This document shows, one piece after another, positions 39,652-49,292 of a stretch of DNA of 64,000 nt. The translations under genes and the position numbers were made by a program. The DNA is from Pseudomonadales bacterium. GTDB lineage: Bacteria; Pseudomonadota; Gammaproteobacteria; Pseudomonadales; Azotimanducaceae. A model generated the notes under the pieces. The model searched no databases. It worked only from the letters and a program-made list of their open reading frames with translations, and was not told where the DNA came from. Position 1 is the first letter of the stretch. Every line of letters starts with the position of its first letter. Where the stretch lies: the NCBI GenBank assembly GCA_028279305.1, contig JANQOA010000208.1:3707-67706 (forward strand). Reading direction: 5' to 3'.

Positions 39652-41805
39652 TTGCCGAAACGGCACCAGGGCAGATCTGAACATTCAAACCGGTATACCG
39701 CCGCGCAGGTGCAGGCCTGGCTGGCTGCGGAACCCGGTCCGGTGAGTTGGCGGCGCATGGTGGCGCTGGCGGAAGCGGACGGCCCGCGGCAGATTACCCA
39801 GTTGCGCCAGATGCTGAAAGGCATGCAGCGCAACGGCCAGTTGCAGCGCGACCACCAGGGGCACTACCACCTCAGCGGCGGTACCGGCGTCTATCGCGCC
39901 AGGGTGCAGAAGCTGGGCAAAGGGTTGGCTGTAGACGGCACGGTCATCGAGGATGCGCAGCGCTTTAATCTGCGTGAAGGAGATCTGGTGGAAGCCAGCG
40001 GCACCGATGAGGTGCGTATCCTGTCGGTGGTGGAACACAGCCCTCAGCCGGTGGTCGGGGTGCTGAGCTGGCAGGGCCGCACCGCATTCGTAGACGGCGT
40101 TGGCGGCTTCCGCGGCCGTATCCGCTTGCTGGAACCTCCGCTGCAGGGTGACCATGGTGATTCGGTAGCGGTGCAAATTGTTGACCGTGACCGGCGCGGG
40201 CTGGTAGGCATTGTCAGTGAACATCTGCCGGCGCGGAATGTACTGCAGCAGGCCATTGAGACGGCTGTGGCCGGCGGAAGCATTCCCCATGAGTGGCCGG
40301 CTGGGGTCACCTCGGCTGTGCAGCGTCTGCCCAGGCGGGTATATGCCAACCGCCACCCGTCACGGCGGGATTTAACCGGCATGGCGCTGGTGACCATCGA
40401 CGGCGAAAGCGCCAGAGATTTTGATGATGCGGTGTTCGCCGAACGCCTGAGCGGCGGCCGCTGGCGTCTGCTGGTGGCGATAGCGGATGTGGCCCACTAT
40501 GTCAAAAGCGGCTCGGCACTTGATCAGGAGGCGCAGTTGCGGGGTACGTCGGTGTATTTCCCGCAACGGGTGATTCCCATGCTGCCGGAAGAAATTTCCA
40601 ACGGTTTGTGTTCGTTGCAGCCGGATACGCCGCGGCTGGCGCTGGTCTGTGAGATGTTGCTCAGCCGCAACGGCGCCGTGCGCGAGCATCAGTTTTATGA
40701 AGCGGTGATACATTCCCGCGCGCGGCTGACCTATACCCAGGTGCAGCAATACCTCGACGGCAATTTACCGGCGGCTGAGCTGCCGGTGGCGGCGGACTAT
40801 CGTGCCGGGGTCTGCGAATCGGTGCAATCGCTGCAGCAGGTTTTCCAGCGTTTGCGGGCCCAGCGGGAGCGCCGCGGTGCGTTGGACTTTGCCACCCGCG
40901 AGGGTGACGTGCGCCTGAATGAAGCCGGCAGTGTGCGGGAAATTGTACCGGTGCAGCGCAACCAGGCGCATCAACTCATAGAAGAAGCAATGATTGCCGC
41001 CAATGTCTGCGCCGCGGAGTTTCTGGAAGCAAACAACCAGCCGAGCCTGTACCGGGTACATGAGCCGCCGGATCCGGACAAACTGGAAGAGCTGCGCCAG
41101 GCGCTGGCGGTGGCCGGCGTGCGGCTGCCGGGCGGTGCGCTCGATCCGGCTGCCCTGCAGCGGGCCATGCAGGATCTGCCTGACCATCAGAACGGCTGGC
41201 TGTATGCCCAGCTTGCGTTGCGCAGTCTGCAGCAGGCGGTGTACACGCCGGTTAACCGCGGGCACTTTGGCCTGGCGTTGCAGCGCTACATGCACTTTAC
41301 CTCTCCCATCCGCCGCTATCCCGATCTGTTGGTGCACCGTGCGATCAAAAGCACGCTGGCGGCCAAAAGCGGCAAAAAGGCGGCAATGTTACCCGGCGGG
41401 GATGAGCTGCACTATCTGGGTGAGCTGTGCTCCAGTCATGAACGGCGCGCGGAAAGCGCCGGCTGGGTGGTGGACGGCTGGCTGAAGTGCGATTTTCTGC
41501 GTCGCGAGATAGGTAACACGCTGCCCGGAATTGTTGCCGGCGTTACCGAGTTTGGCCTGTTTGTTGAACTTGAGAATTACTTTATTCAAGGGTTGCTGCA
41601 TGTTTCCAGTCTGGGCAGCGACTACTTCAGCTTTCAGCCGCGCAGCCTGGCCCTGGTGGGAGAGCGCAGCGGCCGCCGTTTTCGCCTGGGGGATGCGCTG
41701 CAGGTACAGATCACAGACATAGAACCGGCGCAGGGCCGCATCAATCTGCAGTTACCGCAAAGTGGCGGGCAGCGCCGGGGGCGCGGCAGGCGGCCGCGCG
41801 GATGA
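39652..41805 (+). CDS. rnr: Ribonuclease R
   Basis: TIDGESARDFDDA, HFTSPIRRYPDL, C-terminal S1; start uncertain (TTG 39652 or GTG 39622). Confidence 0.92.
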   Translation: MPKRHQGRSEHSNRYTAAQVQAWLAAEPGPVSWRRMVALAEADGPRQITQLRQMLKGMQRNGQLQRDHQGHYHLSGGTGVYRARVQKLGKGLAVDGTVIEDAQRFNLREGDLVEASGTDEVRILSVVEHSPQPVVGVLSWQGRTAFVDGVGGFRGRIRLLEPPLQGDHGDSVAVQIVDRDRRGLVGIVSEHLPARNVLQQAIETAVAGGSIPHEWPAGVTSAVQRLPRRVYANRHPSRRDLTGMALVTIDGESARDFDDAVFAERLSGGRWRLLVAIADVAHYVKSGSALDQEAQLRGTSVYFPQRVIPMLPEEISNGLCSLQPDTPRLALVCEMLLSRNGAVREHQFYEAVIHSRARLTYTQVQQYLDGNLPAAELPVAADYRAGVCESVQSLQQVFQRLRAQRERRGALDFATREGDVRLNEAGSVREIVPVQRNQAHQLIEEAMIAANVCAAEFLEANNQPSLYRVHEPPDPDKLEELRQALAVAGVRLPGGALDPAALQRAMQDLPDHQNGWLYAQLALRSLQQAVYTPVNRGHFGLALQRYMHFTSPIRRYPDLLVHRAIKSTLAAKSGKKAAMLPGGDELHYLGELCSSHERRAESAGWVVDGWLKCDFLRREIGNTLPGIVAGVTEFGLFVELENYFIQGLLHVSSLGSDYFSFQPRSLALVGERSGRRFRLGDALQVQITDIEPAQGRINLQLPQSGGQRRGRGRRPRG

Positions 41806-42539
41806 CCGATGTAATCGGCATCCAGGCTGTACGCGCGGTATTGCGTGATGCTCCCGCCCGGGGCCGTACTTTATACCTGCAGCAGGGCCGCCGGGATGCC
41901 AGGGTGAATGAGTTGATTGGTCTGGCGCGGGCAGCCGGTGTGCGCTACCAGAGTGTGGAATCCGCCTGGTTCAAGCGGCGGGTGGCTGAAGGCGCGCATC
42001 AGGGTGTGTTGCTGGAGTGCCATGAGCTGGCGGTTGCGGATGAGAAAGCACTCAGCGCCGCATGGTCTTCGTTTGGCAGCCAGCCGCTGATTCTGGTGCT
42101 GGACGGGGTTACGGACCCGCGTAACTTCGGCGCCTGTTTGCGCACCGCGGCGGCTGCGGGTGTGGACGCGGTGGTGGTGCCTAAACGCAACAGCGCGCCC
42201 TTGAGCGCGGTGGCGTTAAAAACCGCCCAGGGCGGCGCGGAGAACCTGCTGATTGTAGCGGTCAGCAATCTCAGCCGTTGCCTTAAGCAGTTGCAGCGCA
42301 AGGGAGTATGGGTGATCGGCGCGGATGGGGAGGCGGAGCAGGATTACCAGCACATGGATGCGCGCGGGCCGCTGGCGCTGGTCATGGGCAGCGAGGGCAG
42401 GGGCCTGCGGCGATTGACCCGTGAAAACTGCGATCTGCTGGTGAAAATACCCATGAGCGGCAACGTCAGCAGCCTCAATGTCTCCGTGGCATCGGGTGTT
42501 CTGCTGTTTGAAATACTGCGCCAGCGTGGTGCTGACTGA
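41802..42539 (+). CDS. rlmB: 23S rRNA Gm2251 methyltransferase
   Basis: DPRNFGACLR, GSEGRG, SLNVSVA; follows rnr. Confidence 0.95.
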   Translation: MTDVIGIQAVRAVLRDAPARGRTLYLQQGRRDARVNELIGLARAAGVRYQSVESAWFKRRVAEGAHQGVLLECHELAVADEKALSAAWSSFGSQPLILVLDGVTDPRNFGACLRTAAAAGVDAVVVPKRNSAPLSAVALKTAQGGAENLLIVAVSNLSRCLKQLQRKGVWVIGADGEAEQDYQHMDARGPLALVMGSEGRGLRRLTRENCDLLVKIPMSGNVSSLNVSVASGVLLFEILRQRGAD

Positions 42540-42583
42540 CCTGAAATTCTAATAGATATTCAGCTGATTGAGTGATCAGCGTG

Positions 42584-43033
42584 TTAACCATCCCCAATAG
42601 CTTCTTCCTGCTTATGCCATCGGCGCTGCTTGAACGCCATTTTTAACTGAACTTCTTTGCAGTCCAGTTCAATCAGACGGCTGAGGAGGCGCTTGAATTC
42701 CGTGTTGTGGCCAATTGAATGCAGATAGTATTGCCGCAAAAAAAGGTCCGACTCCAGGGGTATGGCAGTCTTCCCCTTTTCCCAATTAGCAATGGTCTGG
42801 TCCGTCTTGTGCATCACCGCTGCAAGGGCTTTTTGAGAGAGTTCCAATTCGTTTCGCAAGAATCGAAACTCTGCGCCGGTTAGTAGTCGAGGGCGGTCAA
42901 CAACGAAGCTCGCCAGCGCTTTTTGTAAACCTTCAAAATCTTCGAACGAGACTGCATTGCCGTTTTCCGGATGCACTTTATATCCGTTTACCAGAAAAAC
43001 GTTGTCCAAACCGCAGGCTTTGTAGTGGTGCAC
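42584..43033 (-). CDS. XRE-HTH regulator, putative antitoxin
   Basis: HYKACGLDNVFLVNG N-terminus; LTGAEFRFLR..LSQKALA...TIANWEKG HTH. Confidence 0.8.
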   Translation of the reverse strand: MHHYKACGLDNVFLVNGYKVHPENGNAVSFEDFEGLQKALASFVVDRPRLLTGAEFRFLRNELELSQKALAAVMHKTDQTIANWEKGKTAIPLESDLFLRQYYLHSIGHNTEFKRLLSRLIELDCKEVQLKMAFKQRRWHKQEEAIGDG

Positions 43034-43034
43034 G

Positions 43035-43367
43035 CTAACTTTCCAGACTCACATTTCTGACGATGCAGTCTTCGTTTTTGTCATCCAGCCACACCGTTAC
43101 TCTGATCAACATGCCTCCACTGATACCCTGAACGTTGCAAATCCATTTTCTACCGTCATTTTTCCATCGTGCGCTTCCTACGTGTTCTCCCCGCTTGAGA
43201 ACGGCAAAAACTTTCCGGTAGTTGATTGCAAGTTTAGTCATTCGTGATTCCGCCGCAGGTGAGAATTGCACTGCTGCAGGATTTGATGTCGCTGTGTTTG
43301 CGATGACTTTTCTTACTGCATCGCGTTTAATCCGCGGGAGGCGAGCTATGTTGTTGTTCACCCGCAT
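43035..43367 (-). CDS. DUF4258-like protein, putative toxin
   Basis: Basic 110-aa protein with FSxAAxxRM...I...V..VLKRG pattern, 1 bp upstream of the HTH gene; AT-richer than flanks. Confidence 0.6.
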   Translation of the reverse strand: MRVNNNIARLPRIKRDAVRKVIANTATSNPAAVQFSPAAESRMTKLAINYRKVFAVLKRGEHVGSARWKNDGRKWICNVQGISGGMLIRVTVWLDDKNEDCIVRNVSLES

Positions 43368-43388
43368 TCCCTGAGGCTACGTTTGAGC

Positions 43389-43425
43389 CTATAAATATTA
43401 TAGTTAGGCCTAAAGGTAGTCTCAA
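43389..43425 (-). promoter_or_regulatory. Promoter/operator of the TA-like pair
   Basis: Minus strand TTGAGA-N17-TATAAT; palindrome CTATAA-ATA-TTATAG (43389-43403) covers the -10. Confidence 0.7.
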
Positions 43426-43467
43426 CGAAAAACCAACGGGCGCAGTGATAATAGTTTTGCCTAAATC

Positions 43468-43496
43468 TTGCACATCCCCGCCGGCGCGCCTAAAAT
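43468..43496 (+). promoter_or_regulatory. sigma70 promoter of the rpsF operon
   Basis: TTGCAC-N17-TAAAAT followed by GCGCGCCC discriminator. Confidence 0.7.
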
Positions 43497-43544
43497 GCGC
43501 GCCCCTTGCGGTTAACTCTCAAAGATGACCGCGGGATTGACTTA

Positions 43545-43646
43545 ACCTTGCTTCACGCGGCGCTGACCGGCACGGTCAGGCCAGCGGAGGCGTAACTTGA
43601 GCCGGAGCGCACACAGGGCTGGCTGAGTGAACCACAAGGAGACCTT
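43545..43646 (+). promoter_or_regulatory. Possible S6:S18-type structured leader
   Basis: CCTTG near the 5' end can pair with CAAGG overlapping the Shine-Dalgarno; internal hairpin CTGACC/GGTCAG. Confidence 0.4.
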
Positions 43647-44120
43647 ATGCGGCACTATGAAGTCGTATTTCTGGTGCACCCCGATCAAAGTGATCAGGTG
43701 CCGGGAATGATTGAACGCTACCACGCCATGATCGAACGCGGTCAGGGCAAAATCCATCGCACTGAAGACTGGGGCCGGCGGCAGTTGGCTTTTCCCATCT
43801 CGAAGATCCACAAAGCCCACTACATTCTCTTTAATATTGAGGTGGATCAAAGCACCCTGGACGAGCTGGAAAGCGCCTTCCGCTTCAACGACGCGGTCAT
43901 CCGCAGCATGCTGATCCGCCGCGACGGGCCGGAAACCGGCAACTCCAAGATCTACGAAGAAGAGCTGCGGGATCAGGAAAAAGAGCGTGAGCGGGACCGC
44001 CGGCGGGAAGAAGAGTACGCAGCGCGGGCGGCCTCCCAGGAAAGCGCGGGCGACAACGCTGCGCCGGCAGAGGCTGAAGGCGAAAGTGAAGCGACCACTG
44101 CAGAGGAGACCAGCGAATGA
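43647..44120 (+). CDS. rpsF: 30S ribosomal protein S6
   Basis: [27 protein letters not shown]; charged C-terminal tail. Confidence 0.97.
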   Translation: MRHYEVVFLVHPDQSDQVPGMIERYHAMIERGQGKIHRTEDWGRRQLAFPISKIHKAHYILFNIEVDQSTLDELESAFRFNDAVIRSMLIRRDGPETGNSKIYEEELRDQEKERERDRRREEEYAARAASQESAGDNAAPAEAEGESEATTAEETSE

Positions 44121-44326
44121 GCCGGCGCCGACTACAACAAGCCAAACAGGAAGTCGATATCGACTACAAAGACCTGGATACGCTGCGCCAGTTTATTGGT
44201 GAAACGGGCAAGATTGTTCCCAGCCGCATCACCGGAACCTCAGCGAGGTTTCAGCGCACGCTGGCACGGGAAATCAAACGCGCCCGCTATCTGGCCCTGC
44301 TGCCTTATACCGACCAGCACAAGTAA
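44117..44326 (+). CDS. rpsR: 30S ribosomal protein S18
   Basis: [27 protein letters not shown]. Confidence 0.96.
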   Translation: MSRRRLQQAKQEVDIDYKDLDTLRQFIGETGKIVPSRITGTSARFQRTLAREIKRARYLALLPYTDQHK

Positions 44327-44337
44327 CGGAGCCGCTG

Positions 44338-44784
44338 ATGAACGTTATTTTATTGGAGCGCCTTAACAACCTGGGTGACCTGGGTGACGAGGTGGTGGTC
44401 AAGCCGGGCTTTGCGCGCAACTTTCTCATCCCCCAGGGTAAAGCCGTGCAGGCTAACGAAGAGAACCGCGCGGTATTTGAAGGACGCCGCGCAGAGCTGG
44501 AAAAAGTCGCCAGCGATAAACTCTCCCAGGCCCAGGCACGCGCTGATAAGCTGAATGAGTACGTCCTGACCCTGGTGGTGAAGACCGGCGAGGAAGGCCG
44601 TTTGTACGGTTCCGTGGGCACCCAGGACATTGCCTCCGCGCTGACCGGTGAAGGGCATGAAGTAGCCCGCAGCGAGGTACGCATGCCGGAAGGTGTCATC
44701 CGTCTGGCCGGCGAATACGGCATCAGCCTGCAACTGCATTCTGATGTGTCTGTTGATATACAGGTCCACGTCGTACCCGAGTAG
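44338..44784 (+). CDS. rplI: 50S ribosomal protein L9
   Basis: MNVILLE...VKPGFARNFLIPQGKA, GRLYGSV. Confidence 0.97.
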   Translation: MNVILLERLNNLGDLGDEVVVKPGFARNFLIPQGKAVQANEENRAVFEGRRAELEKVASDKLSQAQARADKLNEYVLTLVVKTGEEGRLYGSVGTQDIASALTGEGHEVARSEVRMPEGVIRLAGEYGISLQLHSDVSVDIQVHVVPE

Positions 44785-44918
44785 ATCCTGCGCGTGGCGG
44801 GGCCCGCGCCCCGTCAGCCGCGCTTACCCACATATTCCCACAGCTTGTTCACCGGCTTTTCCCTTGCATTCGGCGAACCAAACCTACACCCTTTGCGGAT
44901 AAGTTCAGTTCGCCCAAG

Positions 44919-46301
44919 ATGTCCGAATACGTCCCCGATAACCCGCCGGTTAACCTGAAAGTACCCCCTCACTCCATCGAAGCGGAGCAGTCGGTGCTGG
45001 GCGGGCTGATGCTGAATAACGAAAGCTGGTTCGATCTGGTGGAGGTGTGTGCCGGTCACGACTTTTACCAGACCCGCCATCAGATCATTTTTGAAGCCAT
45101 GATGAGCCTGGCCAACAACGACGAGCCGCTGGACGTGGTGACGGTGTCCGAGAAGCTGCGATCGCTGCACCAGTTGGAAAAAGCCGGCGACGTCACCTAT
45201 CTGGCGGAGCTGACGGAGTCCACCCTGGGTGCCAGCAATGTGCTGGCTTATGCCAGGATAGTCCGCGAGCGCTCCATCATGCGCCAGTTGATCGGTGCCG
45301 CTAACAGGATTTCCGATGCGGTATTCACGCCCGAGGGTAAAGACAGCGACGCCCTGGTTGAACTGGCGGAACAGTCCGTGTTCGAAATTGCCGAGAACCG
45401 CGGCAAGGAAGGGGGGCCGGAGAAAGTAGCGCCGCTGCTGTCCAAGGCGGTGGAAAAAGTGGAGTTCCTCTACAACAGCAAAGGCAGCATCACCGGGGTG
45501 GAGACCGGCTTCACCGATCTGGACAAAAAAACCGCCGGCCTGCAATCCTCGGACCTGATCATCGTGGCGGCGCGCCCCTCCATGGGCAAAACCGCATTTG
45601 CCGTTAACATGGTGGAACACGCAGCCATGTCGGGCAAGGCGGTGCTGGTGTTCAGCATGGAAATGCCTTCGGAACAGATTGTCATGCGCATGTTGTCCAG
45701 CCTCGGCCGCATCGACCAGACCAGGCTGCGCACCGGTGAACTGCAGGACGACGATTGGACCCGCTTTACCGGCGCGGTAAGTCAGCTGCGTGATAAGAAG
45801 CTGTACGTGGATGACACTCCGGCGCTGACCCCGGGTGATGTGCGCTCCCGGGCCCGGCGCGTGTCCAGGGAAGCCGGCGGCCTGGATGTAATTGTGGTGG
45901 ACTATCTGCAGCTGATGCGCACCGCGGATAAAGCTGAATCCAGGGCCGGCGAGATTTCCGAAATATCCAGGTCGCTGAAAGCCCTGGCCAAGGAAATGCG
46001 CTGTCCGGTGATTGCCCTGTCCCAGCTCAACCGCGCCCTGGAACAACGCCCGGACAAGCGCCCGCTGATGTCGGACCTGCGCGAATCCGGCGCCATCGAA
46101 CAGGATGCGGACGTCATCCTGTTTATCTACCGGGATGAGGTCTACAACGAAGAAAGTGAAGACAAAGGCACTGCGGAAATTATTATCGGCAAACAGCGCA
46201 ACGGACCCATCGGCAAGGTGCGGTTGTCGTTTACCGGCAAGCTGACCAAGTTCGATAACCTGGCGCCGGATATCTACAGCGACTATGTAGACCGTGAATG
46301 A
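44919..46301 (+). CDS. dnaB: Replicative DNA helicase
   Basis: PPHSIEAEQSVLG, ARPSMGKT, DYLQLM, SDLRESGAIEQDAD; no intein. Confidence 0.98.
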   Translation: MSEYVPDNPPVNLKVPPHSIEAEQSVLGGLMLNNESWFDLVEVCAGHDFYQTRHQIIFEAMMSLANNDEPLDVVTVSEKLRSLHQLEKAGDVTYLAELTESTLGASNVLAYARIVRERSIMRQLIGAANRISDAVFTPEGKDSDALVELAEQSVFEIAENRGKEGGPEKVAPLLSKAVEKVEFLYNSKGSITGVETGFTDLDKKTAGLQSSDLIIVAARPSMGKTAFAVNMVEHAAMSGKAVLVFSMEMPSEQIVMRMLSSLGRIDQTRLRTGELQDDDWTRFTGAVSQLRDKKLYVDDTPALTPGDVRSRARRVSREAGGLDVIVVDYLQLMRTADKAESRAGEISEISRSLKALAKEMRCPVIALSQLNRALEQRPDKRPLMSDLRESGAIEQDADVILFIYRDEVYNEESEDKGTAEIIIGKQRNGPIGKVRLSFTGKLTKFDNLAPDIYSDYVDRE

Positions 46302-46334
46302 CGCCGGGTGACAGTTAAGGAATAACCCCTACCG

Positions 46335-47699
46335 TTGGCCAGAAGCAAAACCAAAACCGCCTTTGTCTGCTCTGACTGTGGTGCTGAACATGCCAAATGG
46401 CAGGGCCAGTGCAGCAGCTGCGCGGAGTGGAACACCCTGTCCAGGGTCAGCGTCGGCCCCGTGCCGGAAGCGCGGGTTGGCTTTGCCGGCACCACTGCGC
46501 AGATCCAGAAGCTGAATGAAGTTAAAGCGGATGAAGCGGAACGCATCAGCACTACGTTGCAGGAACTGGACCGGGTGCTGGGCGGCGGGCTGGTGCCCGG
46601 CTCTGTGGTGCTGATGGGGGGTGACCCGGGCGCGGGCAAAAGCACCCTGCTGCTGCAGATGTGTACCCAACTGGCGCGCAGCCGGGGGGTACTGTATGTC
46701 ACCGGCGAAGAATCCCTGCATCAGATGGCGTCGCGGGCCCGGCGCCTGGAGTTGCCGCTGGATGGGCTGGACGTGGCGGCGGAAACCCGCGCTGAAGTTA
46801 TTGCCGGCCATATCGAGACCCATAAACCGGATGTGGTGGTGCTGGATTCCGTGCAGGTGCTGCAGATGGACGGCATCGATTCCACGCCGGGCTCTGTAAC
46901 CCAGGTGCGGGAAACCGCAGCGTTTTTTACCCGGCTGGCGAAACAGACCAACACGGTCATTGTGCTGGTCGGGCATATCACCAAGGAGGGGGGCTTGGCC
47001 GGCCCCAAGGTGCTGGAACACATGATCGACTGTTTCATGATGCTCGACAGTCCGGCGGGCAGCCGCTACCGCACGCTGCGCGGCCAGAAAAACCGCTTCG
47101 GCGCGGTGAATGAGCTGGGTGTATTTGCCATGACGGATCAGGGCATGAAAGAAGTGGCCAACCCGTCAGCCATCTTTCTGCAGCGCGGCGACCTGGACTC
47201 ACCAGGCAGCGTGGCGACGGTGACCTGGGAAGGCACGCGGCCGTTGCTGGTGGAGTTGCAGGCGCTGGTGGATGCGGTGGCGGCGGGTTATCCGAAACGG
47301 GTGGCGGTGGGTCTGGACCAGCAACGGCTGGCCATGCACCTGGCGGTCATGCACCGGCATTGCGGCATCACCCTGGCGGACCAGGATGTATTTGCCAATG
47401 TGGTGGGCGGGGTGCGCATACAGGAAACCGGTGCGGATCTGGCGTTGCTGCTGGCGGTGCTGTCGTCCTTCCGCGACCGGGTGCTGCCGCGGGACCTGAT
47501 TGTATTCGGCGAACTGGGGTTAACCGGTGAACTGCGGCCGGTGGCCAACGGTCAGGAGCGCTTGCGGGAAGCAGCCAAACACGGCTTCAAGCAAGCCGTT
47601 GTGCCCTATGCCAACCGGCCGAAAAAACCATTGCCGGACATGGTTGTGCATGGGGTGAAAAATCTGGCCGGTGCGCTGGAGGTGCTCAGCCGGTTTTAG
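46335..47699 (+). CDS. radA: DNA repair protein RadA/Sms
   Basis: CSDC/CSSC zinc finger, GDPGAGKST, KNRFG. Confidence 0.97.
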   Translation: MARSKTKTAFVCSDCGAEHAKWQGQCSSCAEWNTLSRVSVGPVPEARVGFAGTTAQIQKLNEVKADEAERISTTLQELDRVLGGGLVPGSVVLMGGDPGAGKSTLLLQMCTQLARSRGVLYVTGEESLHQMASRARRLELPLDGLDVAAETRAEVIAGHIETHKPDVVVLDSVQVLQMDGIDSTPGSVTQVRETAAFFTRLAKQTNTVIVLVGHITKEGGLAGPKVLEHMIDCFMMLDSPAGSRYRTLRGQKNRFGAVNELGVFAMTDQGMKEVANPSAIFLQRGDLDSPGSVATVTWEGTRPLLVELQALVDAVAAGYPKRVAVGLDQQRLAMHLAVMHRHCGITLADQDVFANVVGGVRIQETGADLALLLAVLSSFRDRVLPRDLIVFGELGLTGELRPVANGQERLREAAKHGFKQAVVPYANRPKKPLPDMVVHGVKNLAGALEVLSRF

Positions 47700-47715
47700 C
47701 ACGCTCCGCGGAGGT

Positions 47716-48321
47716 TCATTGGGCAATACACAGCGTAAGAGCCAGGTCGGCATCGTTCAGCAAGATACCACCGGCCGCGGAGCAAGCAGCCGCTGTTGTT
47801 AAGCCGTAGTTTACGGTGTCGTCGATGATGACGCCCAAGACTACGCCGGTGCGGAACGTGAGTGCCGGTTCAACCACGCCCAGTGCCACTTCATAGGTGC
47901 CGGTTTCACACGCGTCACAGGTCGCTGTGTTGGGAAATTGATGCACCACGGCAACCGCCTGTTCCCGAGTGGCCAGGGTGGTTTTGATTACCAGGTCCGG
48001 GTCACTTTCGAGAGAATAAGGTAAACCCACGCCATTGATTCCGGCTGTTAGGTCCGTCAAGTTTACGTTCTGTAGGTTGGGAATGTAAGCCCCCAGCGCT
48101 GTGATGTCTGCGGGCCAGACGCTGTTGTCCGCGTAATAGGCATAAGCCGCTTCATCGAACTGAACAAACCCGTCGGTGGTTTTGCTCACCACCCGGTCGA
48201 AATACAGTGAGCCTCTCCAGTCGGAAAAAAACACTGCCAGGATCGCCAGGAAACTCAGCCAGATCAGGGCTTCAATTAAGGTCAGCCCGTACGGGCGCCT
48301 GGGTGGGTGTTTACAGGCCAC
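47716..48321 (-). CDS. Minor pilin (last gene of the pilus operon)
   Basis: Class III signal RRPYG|LTLIEALIWL. Confidence 0.8.
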   Translation of the reverse strand: MACKHPPRRPYGLTLIEALIWLSFLAILAVFFSDWRGSLYFDRVVSKTTDGFVQFDEAAYAYYADNSVWPADITALGAYIPNLQNVNLTDLTAGINGVGLPYSLESDPDLVIKTTLATREQAVAVVHQFPNTATCDACETGTYEVALGVVEPALTFRTGVVLGVIIDDTVNYGLTTAAACSAAGGILLNDADLALTLCIAQ

Positions 48322-48781
48322 CGCAGAGCCCTCTGTCCCTGGCCTGCTGGTAAGCCAGGCGTCCGTAATGGGAGCGCTGGGCTTTTACCGGCACCTGACG
48401 GACAACTACCGTGTTTTCATCCCCCGGGTCCACATAGCCGGGCAACTGCAACAGCGTCTGTTTCTCCCAGGCGTGGGTCACCGAGCGGTGCAGGCGTACG
48501 AACCTAAGTTGCGCATCATAAGAAACTGCCCAGGCGGAGGGGTTGCTGATGTGTGAACCCTCGCCCAGTTCACTCAGCATCATCGTTACCGCCATCGGGT
48601 TGGCCGGATCAACGGGCAGGTTGTCACAATGGACCAGGCGGTAACGGGCGGCCAACGCCGCTACCGCCCGGGCTTCCGCCTGTGTCACCCCGCGTTCGCG
48701 CCAGCCGCCGGCGCGGTCAACCACCACCGCTGCGGCGGTGAAGGTGACAGCAGCAACGGCCAGCAGCTCCGGTAGACTCAT
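48311..48781 (-). CDS. Pilin-like protein
   Basis: MSLPELLAVAAV (Glu at +5, hydrophobic helix); packed between two pilins. Confidence 0.7.
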   Translation of the reverse strand: MSLPELLAVAAVTFTAAAVVVDRAGGWRERGVTQAEARAVAALAARYRLVHCDNLPVDPANPMAVTMMLSELGEGSHISNPSAWAVSYDAQLRFVRLHRSVTHAWEKQTLLQLPGYVDPGDENTVVVRQVPVKAQRSHYGRLAYQQARDRGLCGGL

Positions 48782-48783
48782 CG

Positions 48784-49272
48784 CTACGGATCGAAGCCGA
48801 TCACCAGGGTGAGTGCCCAGAGGTTCGTATCAGCGGCGCAGGTCGCGGAGTCAATCAATTGATCCGTAGCCGGGTCGAAACGAAGCTTAAGCTGATTACA
48901 GTCCTTGCTGTGGGGGAAATCGTAGACAAGATCAGCCTGGCTGTTGTTGGTGGTATTCTGCGTGATTGTCACGTCCAGCCCGTAGGTATTTTCAAGCAGG
49001 CCGTCAGAAAACGGATCGATATTGTAGCCATCGGTGGACAGGTTGGTCATGGAAATACTGCCGAAGTCACCGACGTTGAGATCCCGGTACGCCAACGCGG
49101 CGTTTTTCACCTTGTCGATTTCAGCATACGCGCGTTCCACCTGAGTACCGGATTGAATGTTGTCCGCCTGGGCGGCGATAAACACCCCGGCAATCGCCAG
49201 CACTGTGACGTAGGTAAGAAGCTCCAGGATTGTAAGCCCTTGCTGATGTTCGGGCGGTCTGTAAAATTTCAT
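48784..49272 (-). CDS. Probable major pilin, PilS/type IVb-like
   Basis: QQG|LTILELL; NTYGLDVTI...LVYDFPHSKDCNQL...C two-Cys D-region. Confidence 0.8.
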   Translation of the reverse strand: MKFYRPPEHQQGLTILELLTYVTVLAIAGVFIAAQADNIQSGTQVERAYAEIDKVKNAALAYRDLNVGDFGSISMTNLSTDGYNIDPFSDGLLENTYGLDVTITQNTTNNSQADLVYDFPHSKDCNQLKLRFDPATDQLIDSATCAADTNLWALTLVIGFDP

Positions 49273-49292
49273 AACAATTTCCTTAAGTCTGT

